From positions 1,032 through 65,031 of the forward strand of contig JAJEHQ010000036.1 of assembly GCA_022823625.1 (NCBI GenBank): 64,000 nucleotides of DNA, given 5' to 3'. This document shows positions 29,508 to 38,079 of the stretch, one piece after another. Position 1 is the first letter of the stretch; each line of letters begins with the position of its first letter. The position numbers were made by a program, and so were the translations under genes. Below the pieces are notes generated by a model. The model did not search any database. It saw only the letters and a program-made list of their open reading frames with translations, and was not told the DNA's origin. Origin of the DNA: Gammaproteobacteria bacterium. GTDB lineage: Bacteria; Pseudomonadota; Gammaproteobacteria; Arenicellales; JAJDZL01.

Positions 29508-30830
29508 ATGAATAGATTCACCCGTCGACAATTTCTGGGAACAGGGCTTGCTGCGCTCTTTCCCCATTCCACCTTTGGAGTGACGTCTGCAGATTATGAT
29601 GTGGTTGTAGTCGGTGCTGGTGCTGCAGGACTGGCTGCAACCCGCAGCCTGATCGAAAAGGGAAAGAACGTGATGCTCGTAGAAGCATCTCACCGTATCG
29701 GTGGGCGCGCTCATACGGATTTATCAATTTTTGGCGTACCTTACGATATCGGTGCTCATTGGTTGCATAACGGGAGTTTAAATCCCTACTACACATACGC
29801 CAAGTCTGAAGGTTTTGAAATCTATTCTGCTCCTGAACGCTATCGATTGTTTTACGGCTCCAATGAAGAATCTGAAAGTGATCAGCTTGCCATGCTCTGG
29901 AATGACGTGGATGAACTGAGTGCGGCGATCGGTAGAGCCAGTAATTCAGGTAGAGATGTGTCTCCTAGCTCGGTAACGGAACACGTAAATGGACGCTGGA
30001 GTAATACGGCAAAATTTGTTTTGGGACCGTGGTCAATGGGGAAAGATTTTGATGACTTTTCAACTACAGATTGGTGGAATTCCGAAGACGGCCAAGATAA
30101 TTTTTGCAGCAGTGGGTACGGAACATTAGTTGCCCATTATGGCAAAGGCATCGATGTGTCTCTCAATACACCGGTTCATAAAATTGACTGGAGCGGGCGA
30201 GGTGTAGTGGTTGAAACTACTCGGGGTAAACTGAACGCCAAAGCAGTGATCATTACAGTTTCCACAGGTGTTTTGGCATCCGATCAGATCAATTTTGTGC
30301 CGGAACTTCCGGAGGAAAAGCACGAGTCATTTAACGAAATTTCCATGGGTGCTTACGATCACATCGCACTTCATTTTTCGCAGGATGTGTTTGGAGTCGG
30401 CGAAGATGGTTATCTGATTTTTGAAATTGGCGAAGATGGAAAAGGATTCGGAACACTAGCGAATTCCGCGGGCAGTGGACTGGCTTACTGTGATGTTGGA
30501 GGAAGTTGGGCGCGCGAATTGCAGACAGAAGACGAAGCGTTCAAAATCGACTATGCCTTATTGCAGTTGAAGAATTTGCTTGGCAGCCACATCGAACGAC
30601 ATTACACCAATGGATCGGCGACGGCATGGGGATTGAATCCATTGACACTGGGAGCGTATGCATCTGCCCGTCCCGGCTCGTACAAAATGCGAAAAGTGCT
30701 TCGACAGCCTGTTGGAGAACGAGTGTTCTTCGCGGGTGAAGCCTGCCATTCTTCTATTTGGGCAACAGTTGGCGGTGCACATCTTTCAGGTGTCGAAACT
30801 GCCCGTGCCGTATTGAGGCTATTAACCTGA
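29508..30830 (+). CDS. Tat-exported flavin monoamine oxidase family protein
   Basis: TRRQFL twin-arginine motif; VVVVGAGAAGL, EASHRIGGR, DIGAHW, FFAGEA, TVGGAHLSG. Confidence 0.88.
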   Translation: MNRFTRRQFLGTGLAALFPHSTFGVTSADYDVVVVGAGAAGLAATRSLIEKGKNVMLVEASHRIGGRAHTDLSIFGVPYDIGAHWLHNGSLNPYYTYAKSEGFEIYSAPERYRLFYGSNEESESDQLAMLWNDVDELSAAIGRASNSGRDVSPSSVTEHVNGRWSNTAKFVLGPWSMGKDFDDFSTTDWWNSEDGQDNFCSSGYGTLVAHYGKGIDVSLNTPVHKIDWSGRGVVVETTRGKLNAKAVIITVSTGVLASDQINFVPELPEEKHESFNEISMGAYDHIALHFSQDVFGVGEDGYLIFEIGEDGKGFGTLANSAGSGLAYCDVGGSWARELQTEDEAFKIDYALLQLKNLLGSHIERHYTNGSATAWGLNPLTLGAYASARPGSYKMRKVLRQPVGERVFFAGEACHSSIWATVGGAHLSGVETARAVLRLLT

Positions 30831-30881
30831 GAGGCTTTCAGAATACTTGAAGTTATTGTGCTCTCAATGGTTTTTTGCGGA

Positions 30882-31700
30882 TCAGACCCCTTCTTGACTT
30901 CGTCTTCTCATAAGCATTGCTGTTGCCATTGACAGAAACAGCAATAGTGCAAACACGACGATGCTTGGACCTGGAGGGGTATCAAACTCCAGCGACATGA
31001 ACATACCGCCAACCACCGATGCTGAACCAAATGCGACGGCAAACATAGCCATCTGTTCAGGTGTTTTTGCAACTTGTCGTGCTGTTGCAGCTGGAATAAT
31101 CAACAAAGCGACTGTCAATATGATGCCGACAATCTTCATCGCAATGGCGATTGTTCCAGCCAGCAATATCATGAGCAGAATTCGCGTTTGATTGGGTTGA
31201 AGACCTTCAGCTGCGGCTATTTGCTCGTCAACGGTCAGGCCGATCATTGCTCTCCACTTAAACACAATAACTCCCAAGGCAACCGCACTTGCCATATAGA
31301 TCATAGCGATTTCCAACCAGGTTACCGAAATGATGTTGCCGAACAGAAAATCCAAAACATCGACCCTAATCCAATACATAAAGGAAATAAGAACGAGACC
31401 AATTGCCAATGTTGAATGAGACATGATTCCAAGTACAGAATCGCCCGACAGAAATGAATCGCTATTGACTCGAGACAACATAAATGCGATGAATAGGCAG
31501 ATGCTGAATACACCCACCATCAAATTGATATCCAGAACTATTGCCAGTGCGATGCCAAGCAGTGCTGAATGCGCCATCGCTTCGCCGAGATAAGCCAACC
31601 GCTGCCATATAACGAAGCAACCAAGTGGACCGGCAACGAGAGTGAAGCCGATGCCAGCGATAATTGCTCGACTGAAAAAGTCATCTGGTATTAGGAACAT
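30882..31700 (-). CDS. znuB: Zn/Mn ABC transporter permease
   Basis: AGPLGCFVIWQRLAYLGEAMAHSALLG, LLIIPAATAR, DTPPGPSIV. Confidence 0.88.
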   Translation of the reverse strand: MFLIPDDFFSRAIIAGIGFTLVAGPLGCFVIWQRLAYLGEAMAHSALLGIALAIVLDINLMVGVFSICLFIAFMLSRVNSDSFLSGDSVLGIMSHSTLAIGLVLISFMYWIRVDVLDFLFGNIISVTWLEIAMIYMASAVALGVIVFKWRAMIGLTVDEQIAAAEGLQPNQTRILLMILLAGTIAIAMKIVGIILTVALLIIPAATARQVAKTPEQMAMFAVAFGSASVVGGMFMSLEFDTPPGPSIVVFALLLFLSMATAMLMRRRSQEGV

Positions 31701-31728
31701 CTTGTCGATACCAGAGACAAATGGACCA

Positions 31729-32484
31729 TCATAAATCCTTTATGCTTCCATCCAGACGGTGATCATGATCGTGAAGGTGCGAGTAAAGTGCGCGAGCTTC
31801 GAAAGCTTTTTTGCCAAAAAGGTTCAGATAGGCTTCATCCTTTTGCACACGTTCCGGAGTTCCAGTACAGCAAATATGTACATTCATGCAAACGACAGTA
31901 TCAGTTTGAACCATCACCAGATGGAGGTCGTGGCGCACAATCAAAATGCCGCAATTCATACGATCTCTAATTTTCGCAATTCGATTGAACAGCAACGCTT
32001 CTCCGTGAACATCAAGTCCCTGCGTCGGTTCGTCAAGAATCAATAGGTCGGGTTTACGCAATAATGCTCTTGCGAGTAGAGCCCGCTGAAACTCACCACC
32101 CGATAATTTTTGTACTGAAGCGTTTGCTAGGTGTTGAATATCAAGTTCGGTGAGTACTTTGATCAACTCACTCCTATCAACAGGCTGTGGAACATCCATA
32201 AGGCGTTGCACGGTCATTGGTAGAGTTGAATCGAGAGTGACGCTCTGGGGCACATATCCGATTTTGATGTTGGGTGGTCTCTGCACACTACCAAAATCAG
32301 GCTCTAGGGAGCCCGCCAGAATTTTAGTTACGGTTGTCTTGCCACTTCCGTTTGGACCAATCAGTGAAACTATTTCCCCTCTATGCATAGTGAGGTCAAT
32401 ATCTCGCACCAGCCACCGATTGTTGCGACGAACACCAACGGACTGTAATTTTGCGAGAACAGAATTATCAGAATCATTTTTCAT
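31729..32484 (-). CDS. znuC: Zn ABC transporter ATPase
   Basis: GPNGSGKT, LSGGEFQR, LDEPTQG, HICCTG, His-rich tail HLHDHDH. Confidence 0.9.
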   Translation of the reverse strand: MKNDSDNSVLAKLQSVGVRRNNRWLVRDIDLTMHRGEIVSLIGPNGSGKTTVTKILAGSLEPDFGSVQRPPNIKIGYVPQSVTLDSTLPMTVQRLMDVPQPVDRSELIKVLTELDIQHLANASVQKLSGGEFQRALLARALLRKPDLLILDEPTQGLDVHGEALLFNRIAKIRDRMNCGILIVRHDLHLVMVQTDTVVCMNVHICCTGTPERVQKDEAYLNLFGKKAFEARALYSHLHDHDHRLDGSIKDL

Positions 32485-32772
32485 GAGCAGAAAATCCTTT
32501 TCGACTGTTCAACGATACCTTTTCTCGATAGATGATAACAGTGCAAGTTCCTGTCTGGTTGATTCCGTACTCTCTGACTTAGAAATTTCGAAATCGCTCT
32601 TTCTTCGGAAGTCGAATCGAGGGGGACGCTGCTGTCATTGTTTCCATCGCATAAAAGTGATCTTGGTCAAAAGCAACTCCTCTCCGACAATCTAGTTTGA
32701 GATAACCCATCAGCAAAGTGTCATCAATAAACGGGTGACATTCTGCTTATAGCTACGGATGCACCTGCTCGC

Positions 32773-33702
32773 TTACGATGCTTTTCTCAGAGAGGGGGGT
32801 AAATTGAATCTGACGTTTTCGGTGATACCCGTCATTGTTGTTACCTCGATTTCGTGATGCTGTTTAAGCCGTTCTATCAATTCTTGAACTAGAGCTTCGG
32901 GAGCCGAGGCACCGGCAGTAATGCCAATTTTTTCAGCGTTGACTGACCACTCCGGGTTGTAGTCATTCGAATTTTGGACGAGATACGCTGGTACTCCGCG
33001 GTCGCGGCTGACTTCACAAAGACGATTTGAGTTTGAACTGTTCTGTGCACCGACCACCAGCACTAAATCTACTTGATCTGCGAGTTGGTGGACCGCGCTT
33101 TGACGATTCTGTGTGGCGTAGCAAATATCCTTGATGTCAGGACCGGCAATATTTGGAAAGCGATTCTTCAATGCGAAAATCACATCACGAGTATCGTCAA
33201 CCGACAGAGTTGTTTGGGTAATATAAGCAACCTTATCAGGATCTTTAATCACCAGATTATCAACTTCCTCCACATCACTGATGAGGTGTACGGTGCCTGG
33301 GATCTGACCTAAGGTTCCTTCAACTTCAGGATGATTGTGATGCCCGATCAAGACAATTTCAAACCCTTTTTTGGCATATTTTCGCCCTTCAATATGTACT
33401 TTAGAGACGAGTGGGCATGTAGCATCAAGTGGTTCTAGACCACGTTCTGATGCTTCACTCTCGACTTTTTTTGAAACCCCGTGTGCGCTAAACACGGTAA
33501 CTGCACCATCCGGAATGTCAGAAATACTTTCAACAAACTTGACCCCTTTAGATCTGAGTTCGCTAACGACGCGCTGATTGTGCACGATTTCGTGTTTCAC
33601 ATAAATTGGCGAACCATATTTCTTGAGAGCTGTTTCCACAATCTGGATCGCCCGTTCGACGCCAGCGCAAAAACCACGCGGCTGAGCTAGTATCACTTGC
33701 AT
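32773..33702 (-). CDS. ispH: 4-hydroxy-3-methylbut-2-enyl diphosphate reductase
   Basis: PRGFCAGV, EIVHN, SAHGV, DATCPLV, QTTLS, ICYATQNRQ, SSNSNRL, TAGASAP. Confidence 0.97.
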   Translation of the reverse strand: MQVILAQPRGFCAGVERAIQIVETALKKYGSPIYVKHEIVHNQRVVSELRSKGVKFVESISDIPDGAVTVFSAHGVSKKVESEASERGLEPLDATCPLVSKVHIEGRKYAKKGFEIVLIGHHNHPEVEGTLGQIPGTVHLISDVEEVDNLVIKDPDKVAYITQTTLSVDDTRDVIFALKNRFPNIAGPDIKDICYATQNRQSAVHQLADQVDLVLVVGAQNSSNSNRLCEVSRDRGVPAYLVQNSNDYNPEWSVNAEKIGITAGASAPEALVQELIERLKQHHEIEVTTMTGITENVRFNLPPSLRKAS

Positions 33703-33995
33703 GTGATTAATCCATTAATTAACGAAGATGAAATCCGCATTCTGCGATTAGTATTATTATGACTCAACCTGGACATTTCTGACGCCTAGAGTCAATAAAA
33801 TTAGCAAAATCAAGTGGAATTTTCCAATTGTGGCGGTTCAATGCGACTGGAAAGGGGTCAACTTGATCAATTTGAGCTTTGTCAAGTTTCTGATATCAGG
33901 CATTTATTAACATCAGTTTGCCAATTTGTCGGATGGTTCCTCAAATGGACGAATGTTTAACTAACAAAATTTTTGAATCTCTCGACGTGAGCGCC

Positions 33996-34493
33996 ATGAA
34001 ATATCTTCAAATACCAATCTTTATTTTGATTCTGCTTTCGGTACAAACCAAGGCTGATGAACATGCACTTTTTACCACCCAGAATCTCACCCCGGAAATT
34101 GCGCTTAAAGCGGCAAAAGCCGCACTGGAAAAATGCCGTTCAGAAGGCTTTCAGGTGTCGGTAGTAGTTACTGATCGCAATGGTTTACCCCAAGTTATGC
34201 TCCGCGACCGATATGCGGGTGCTCATACACCGACTACTGCGCGGCGCAAGGCCTGGACGGCGGCGAGTTTTCGTCTTTCAACCACGGAACTTGCTGAAGC
34301 CACAGCGGAAGGTACTTCTTTGTCTGGCATTCGGCATCTTGAAGAAGCCATCATGCTGGGAGGCGGTCTATTGATTGACGCTGGCGGCTTTTCAGTCGGT
34401 GCTATAGGTGTGTCTGGTGCACCAGGCGGTGATTTGGATGATCTGTGTGCTCAAGCCGGAATTGATGCCATCGAAGATGACATTCTGTTTTGA
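33996..34493 (+). CDS. GlcG/HbpS family heme-binding protein, exported
   Basis: Signal-like N-terminus; VSVVVTD, RKAWTA, GGG, GAIGVSGAPGGDLDDLCAQAG. Confidence 0.87.
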   Translation: MKYLQIPIFILILLSVQTKADEHALFTTQNLTPEIALKAAKAALEKCRSEGFQVSVVVTDRNGLPQVMLRDRYAGAHTPTTARRKAWTAASFRLSTTELAEATAEGTSLSGIRHLEEAIMLGGGLLIDAGGFSVGAIGVSGAPGGDLDDLCAQAGIDAIEDDILF

Positions 34494-34598
34494 GCGATTT
34501 CTCATTTGAGCAGCCTGCATCAGAAGTTGCCTCCCAAGTGCAGCATCCTATTCAGAAACAGTTCAGGGATAAACTACGAGATTACATTTTCGCCATAT

Positions 34599-36257
34599 CT
34601 AGATCGGGCAGACAATCTCTCCTAGACGCTTAGTCAGTTTCTCATTTTCAGAGTAGTCGATGGGTACGACCACCAGACTGGGTCCCGCTTCGGAAAATGC
34701 AACTCCCAGTGCTGATTGAAGGTCGCGTGAGTTTTCGACCCGATGACCATTCCAGCCAAATGAATCGGCCAGTTTAATCCAGTCGGGATTTCCAAAACTC
34801 AGGTCCGTATGTCGACCGAACTGATTGGATTGTTTCCAGGCAATCAGTCCATATTCATGGTCTTCCCAAACCATGACAACAATATCCAAATTAAGACGAC
34901 GGGCAGTTTCCATTTCCTGTACATTCATCATAAATCCGGCATCTCCACATATTGCAAGGATCCGGTGATCAGGATCGGAATTCACTAGTCGCGCAGCGAT
35001 CGCACCGGGCAGTGCAAAGCCCATGGAACAGAATCCATTGGGAATCAGGCAGGTGTTGGGTTCGTGACAATGGTAGTGTCGGGCGATCCACATTTTGTGC
35101 GCACCAACATCGGAAAGCAGTACATCATTGGGCCCCATGACCTGTCGGACATCCCAGAGTACTTTTTGAGGCTTAATGACTCCTTCTGTATCATCGTCTT
35201 TATGTTCAGCAAAATCCAGAGCCATGTCTCGACGGGTTGCGGCTTGCTGAGAAAGATCGAAGGATAAACCGTCTACGTCATTGATGCGTTCATTCAGCAT
35301 CCACAGAGTGTGAGCTAGATCTCCCACCACTTCTAATTTCGGACGATAGTAAGCATCGATTTCGGCTGGTAGGAAGTCAATGTGCAAAACGTTTTTATTC
35401 TGATCAGGATTCCAAAGGTGCGGATGGTATTCGACCATGTCGTAGCCTAATGTGATGATCAGGTCGGATGCATCCAGCGCACATGCCACCAAATCCTTTG
35501 CCCCTAAACCAACGGTGTATAGACAGTAATCTGAATCCATATCCACGCAGCCTTTCGCCATGAAAGTGGATACAACGCCGATTCCTGTTTTTTCACAAAG
35601 TAATCGCAGTTGTTTTGAAGCGCGGCGTCTAATGCAGCCATTTCCAGCCAAAATAATGGGTCGTTTGGCATTTCGAATTAAATCAAACGCCTGGTTTATG
35701 ATTTTGTCATCTGGTACGGCTCGTCGTAGTCTTTGTGGCTGCAGCGGTTTTGTTGATGCGTCCATGTGTGCGATGTCTTCAGGCAGCTCGACTAGGGTGG
35801 CACCAGGTTTTTCGACCAATGCAGTTCTCACGGCCTTACGGACTACTTCGGGAATGTTGTCGGGATGATGAATCTGCTGCGCCCACTTTGTCACTGGACG
35901 ATACATAGCCACGACGTCCATAATCTGGTGGGATTCTTTGTGCAATCGGGTAGAGGCTCCTTGACCGGTGAGCACCAGCATTGGCGCACGATCCATATTG
36001 CCGTCTGCAACACCTGTAATCAAGTTGGTTGCTCCGGGACCTAGAGTTCCCAGGCAGCCGGAAACCCGCCCAGTCAGTCGTCCGTAGGCTTCTGCCATAA
36101 AAGCGGCTCCCTGTTCATGCCGACAGAGAATGAACTTGATACTGTCCGATTCCTCAAGCGAAATCATGAAATGCGCATTTTCTTCTCCGGGTACGCCGAA
36201 AATGTACTCAATTCCTTCCTGCTCGAGACATGCGACAAATAAGTCAGATGCCTTCAT
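34599..36257 (-). CDS. Acetolactate synthase large subunit-like ThDP enzyme
   Basis: FGVPGEEN, RHEQGAAFMA, TLGPGATN, DVGAHKMW, SMGFALPGA, GDAGF. Confidence 0.9.
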   Translation of the reverse strand: MKASDLFVACLEQEGIEYIFGVPGEENAHFMISLEESDSIKFILCRHEQGAAFMAEAYGRLTGRVSGCLGTLGPGATNLITGVADGNMDRAPMLVLTGQGASTRLHKESHQIMDVVAMYRPVTKWAQQIHHPDNIPEVVRKAVRTALVEKPGATLVELPEDIAHMDASTKPLQPQRLRRAVPDDKIINQAFDLIRNAKRPIILAGNGCIRRRASKQLRLLCEKTGIGVVSTFMAKGCVDMDSDYCLYTVGLGAKDLVACALDASDLIITLGYDMVEYHPHLWNPDQNKNVLHIDFLPAEIDAYYRPKLEVVGDLAHTLWMLNERINDVDGLSFDLSQQAATRRDMALDFAEHKDDDTEGVIKPQKVLWDVRQVMGPNDVLLSDVGAHKMWIARHYHCHEPNTCLIPNGFCSMGFALPGAIAARLVNSDPDHRILAICGDAGFMMNVQEMETARRLNLDIVVMVWEDHEYGLIAWKQSNQFGRHTDLSFGNPDWIKLADSFGWNGHRVENSRDLQSALGVAFSEAGPSLVVVPIDYSENEKLTKRLGEIVCPI

Positions 36258-36548
36258 CTTTTCTCGTCCTCCATAGTGCTGGGAGCTGCTACAAACTGAA
36301 ATTCAAAATCAGCTAAATGTGCTCTGCGTGATTGTATTGAAATTCGTATAACCGCTGATCGAATATTGATCAGCAAACTCATTTGACTGTTGCGGAGATC
36401 ATTCGTTTCAATTGATTGGTGAATTCAGTTTCAATAGAACAATACGACAGAATATGACGTAGCGATGTTTCAGATGATTTTTGCATGGAAATGGATACCT
36501 ATAATGCTATCTCTCTGTTGAATCGAATGCCAGTTGAAGGTAGTACCA

Positions 36549-36833
36549 ATGAGTCAGAAAATGAACGAGAAAGAAAAGCTACAAATTCGGAATCTGAAGG
36601 TAGACTGGATATTCGGAATGCGGTGGGAGTGTGACCAAATATCAGATATGCTCCTCTATATGGATACGGAATTAAAGGACGAATTCTATATGACGGAACA
36701 GTGGAAAGAATTTGAAGCAGAACTCCAAATACTCTGCGCAGAAGTTATGGGAATTCATGCCCGTCTGTTTGAATATACGGAAAGCATACCAGAGGAATTT
36801 GAAAAAGAACAGAAACCAGTAATAAGGATGTAG
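36549..36833 (+). CDS. Hypothetical acidic protein, 94 aa
   Basis: ATG with upstream GAAGG; Glu-rich and helical-looking; no known motif. Confidence 0.55.
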   Translation: MSQKMNEKEKLQIRNLKVDWIFGMRWECDQISDMLLYMDTELKDEFYMTEQWKEFEAELQILCAEVMGIHARLFEYTESIPEEFEKEQKPVIRM

Positions 36834-36943
36834 CGAGAAATTACCTGTTGGAATTGCTGATAAATGTATATATGGCAACTCCACTGTGGGGTATTAGCTT
36901 TGACACAGAAAATTGTTGCTGATTTATTTCTTCGGAATTCAAG

Positions 36944-38077
36944 TTGACGATTCGATTTTTACATTCTGCTGACTGGCAAATTGGCAAAGTTTTCAGGTTT
37001 GTTGACCAGGAGACGATGGGTGTCTTGCAAAATGCCAGACTCAATGCGATTGATCGACTTGGAAAAATTGCGGTTGAACAGGAATTGCGACATGTGCTTG
37101 TAGCCGGTGACGTCTACGATGCAGAAAATCTCTCGACTAAATCACTCAATCAGCCACTTGAGCGAATGAGGAAATATGCAGATGTGAATTGGTACCTATT
37201 GCCTGGCAATCATGATCCTAACCGAACCAATGGTCTATGGTATCGGCTGAGAAGAGGGTTGCCGAAAAATGTCCATATTTGTGACGAGTCTGATCCACTG
37301 TTCATTGAATCTGATACTGTTGCAATTCTGCCTGCGCCACTTCATCACAAGTCCACACTTGAAGACCCGACTGAATATATGGACAGTGTCGACATTCCTG
37401 GCGAGTGTATACGTATTGGTCTCGCTCACGGGTCAGTTTCAACCTTCGGTGCAGGAGAAGGTGCGGCAACGAATTACATCAATCCTGATCGACCGAACAC
37501 AGCGGGTCTCGCCTACCTGGCTTTGGGTGACTGGCATGGACAGCGTGAAGTTAATTCACGTTGTTGGTATAGCGGTACGCCAGAGACTGATGCATTTGAT
37601 GTGACAGAAGGTGGAAAAGCACTAATCGTATCTGTAAATAGCAATACTTCAGTGCCGAAAGTGAAATCAGTTTTAACCGGTGAGTTCAGATGGGAAACGA
37701 TCAGTGAAACTGTTGCCTCTCGAAGTGACATCGAACGGTTGCGGACTAAATTGAGTGGTCTAGATGACCATCTTGAACGATATTTAGTACGGTTGCAGGT
37801 TGAGGGCTTGATCTCGCTTGAAGAGCGCACCTATTTTGATGAGATCATCGCGGAGCGCTTTGAAGCTTCATTTCTGCATTTCGATTTAGATGACGAGCAT
37901 CTGCACGTCAAGGTAACAGATGATGATATCGCTATGCTTGATATAGGTGGTTTTGTCAAAGCTGCTGTTGATGAGTTGAGGAATCAGTTGGTTCATTCCG
38001 ATGAACAGGTGAGAAAATTGGCTGCCCAAGCCTTGACACGGCTGTATGTCGAACTCAAGAGAATGGAGGCGGACTGA
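36944..38077 (+). CDS. Mre11/SbcD-like metallophosphoesterase nuclease (YhaO-like)
   Basis: HSADWQIG, AGDVYD, PGNHD, AHGS, ALGDWHG, YSGTPE. Confidence 0.9.
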   Translation: MTIRFLHSADWQIGKVFRFVDQETMGVLQNARLNAIDRLGKIAVEQELRHVLVAGDVYDAENLSTKSLNQPLERMRKYADVNWYLLPGNHDPNRTNGLWYRLRRGLPKNVHICDESDPLFIESDTVAILPAPLHHKSTLEDPTEYMDSVDIPGECIRIGLAHGSVSTFGAGEGAATNYINPDRPNTAGLAYLALGDWHGQREVNSRCWYSGTPETDAFDVTEGGKALIVSVNSNTSVPKVKSVLTGEFRWETISETVASRSDIERLRTKLSGLDDHLERYLVRLQVEGLISLEERTYFDEIIAERFEASFLHFDLDDEHLHVKVTDDDIAMLDIGGFVKAAVDELRNQLVHSDEQVRKLAAQALTRLYVELKRMEAD

Positions 38078-38079
38078 TC

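Noticed and set aside
32150-32695. 181-aa plus-strand ORF
   Set aside because: Mostly antisense to znuC, with composition typical of a shadow ORF.
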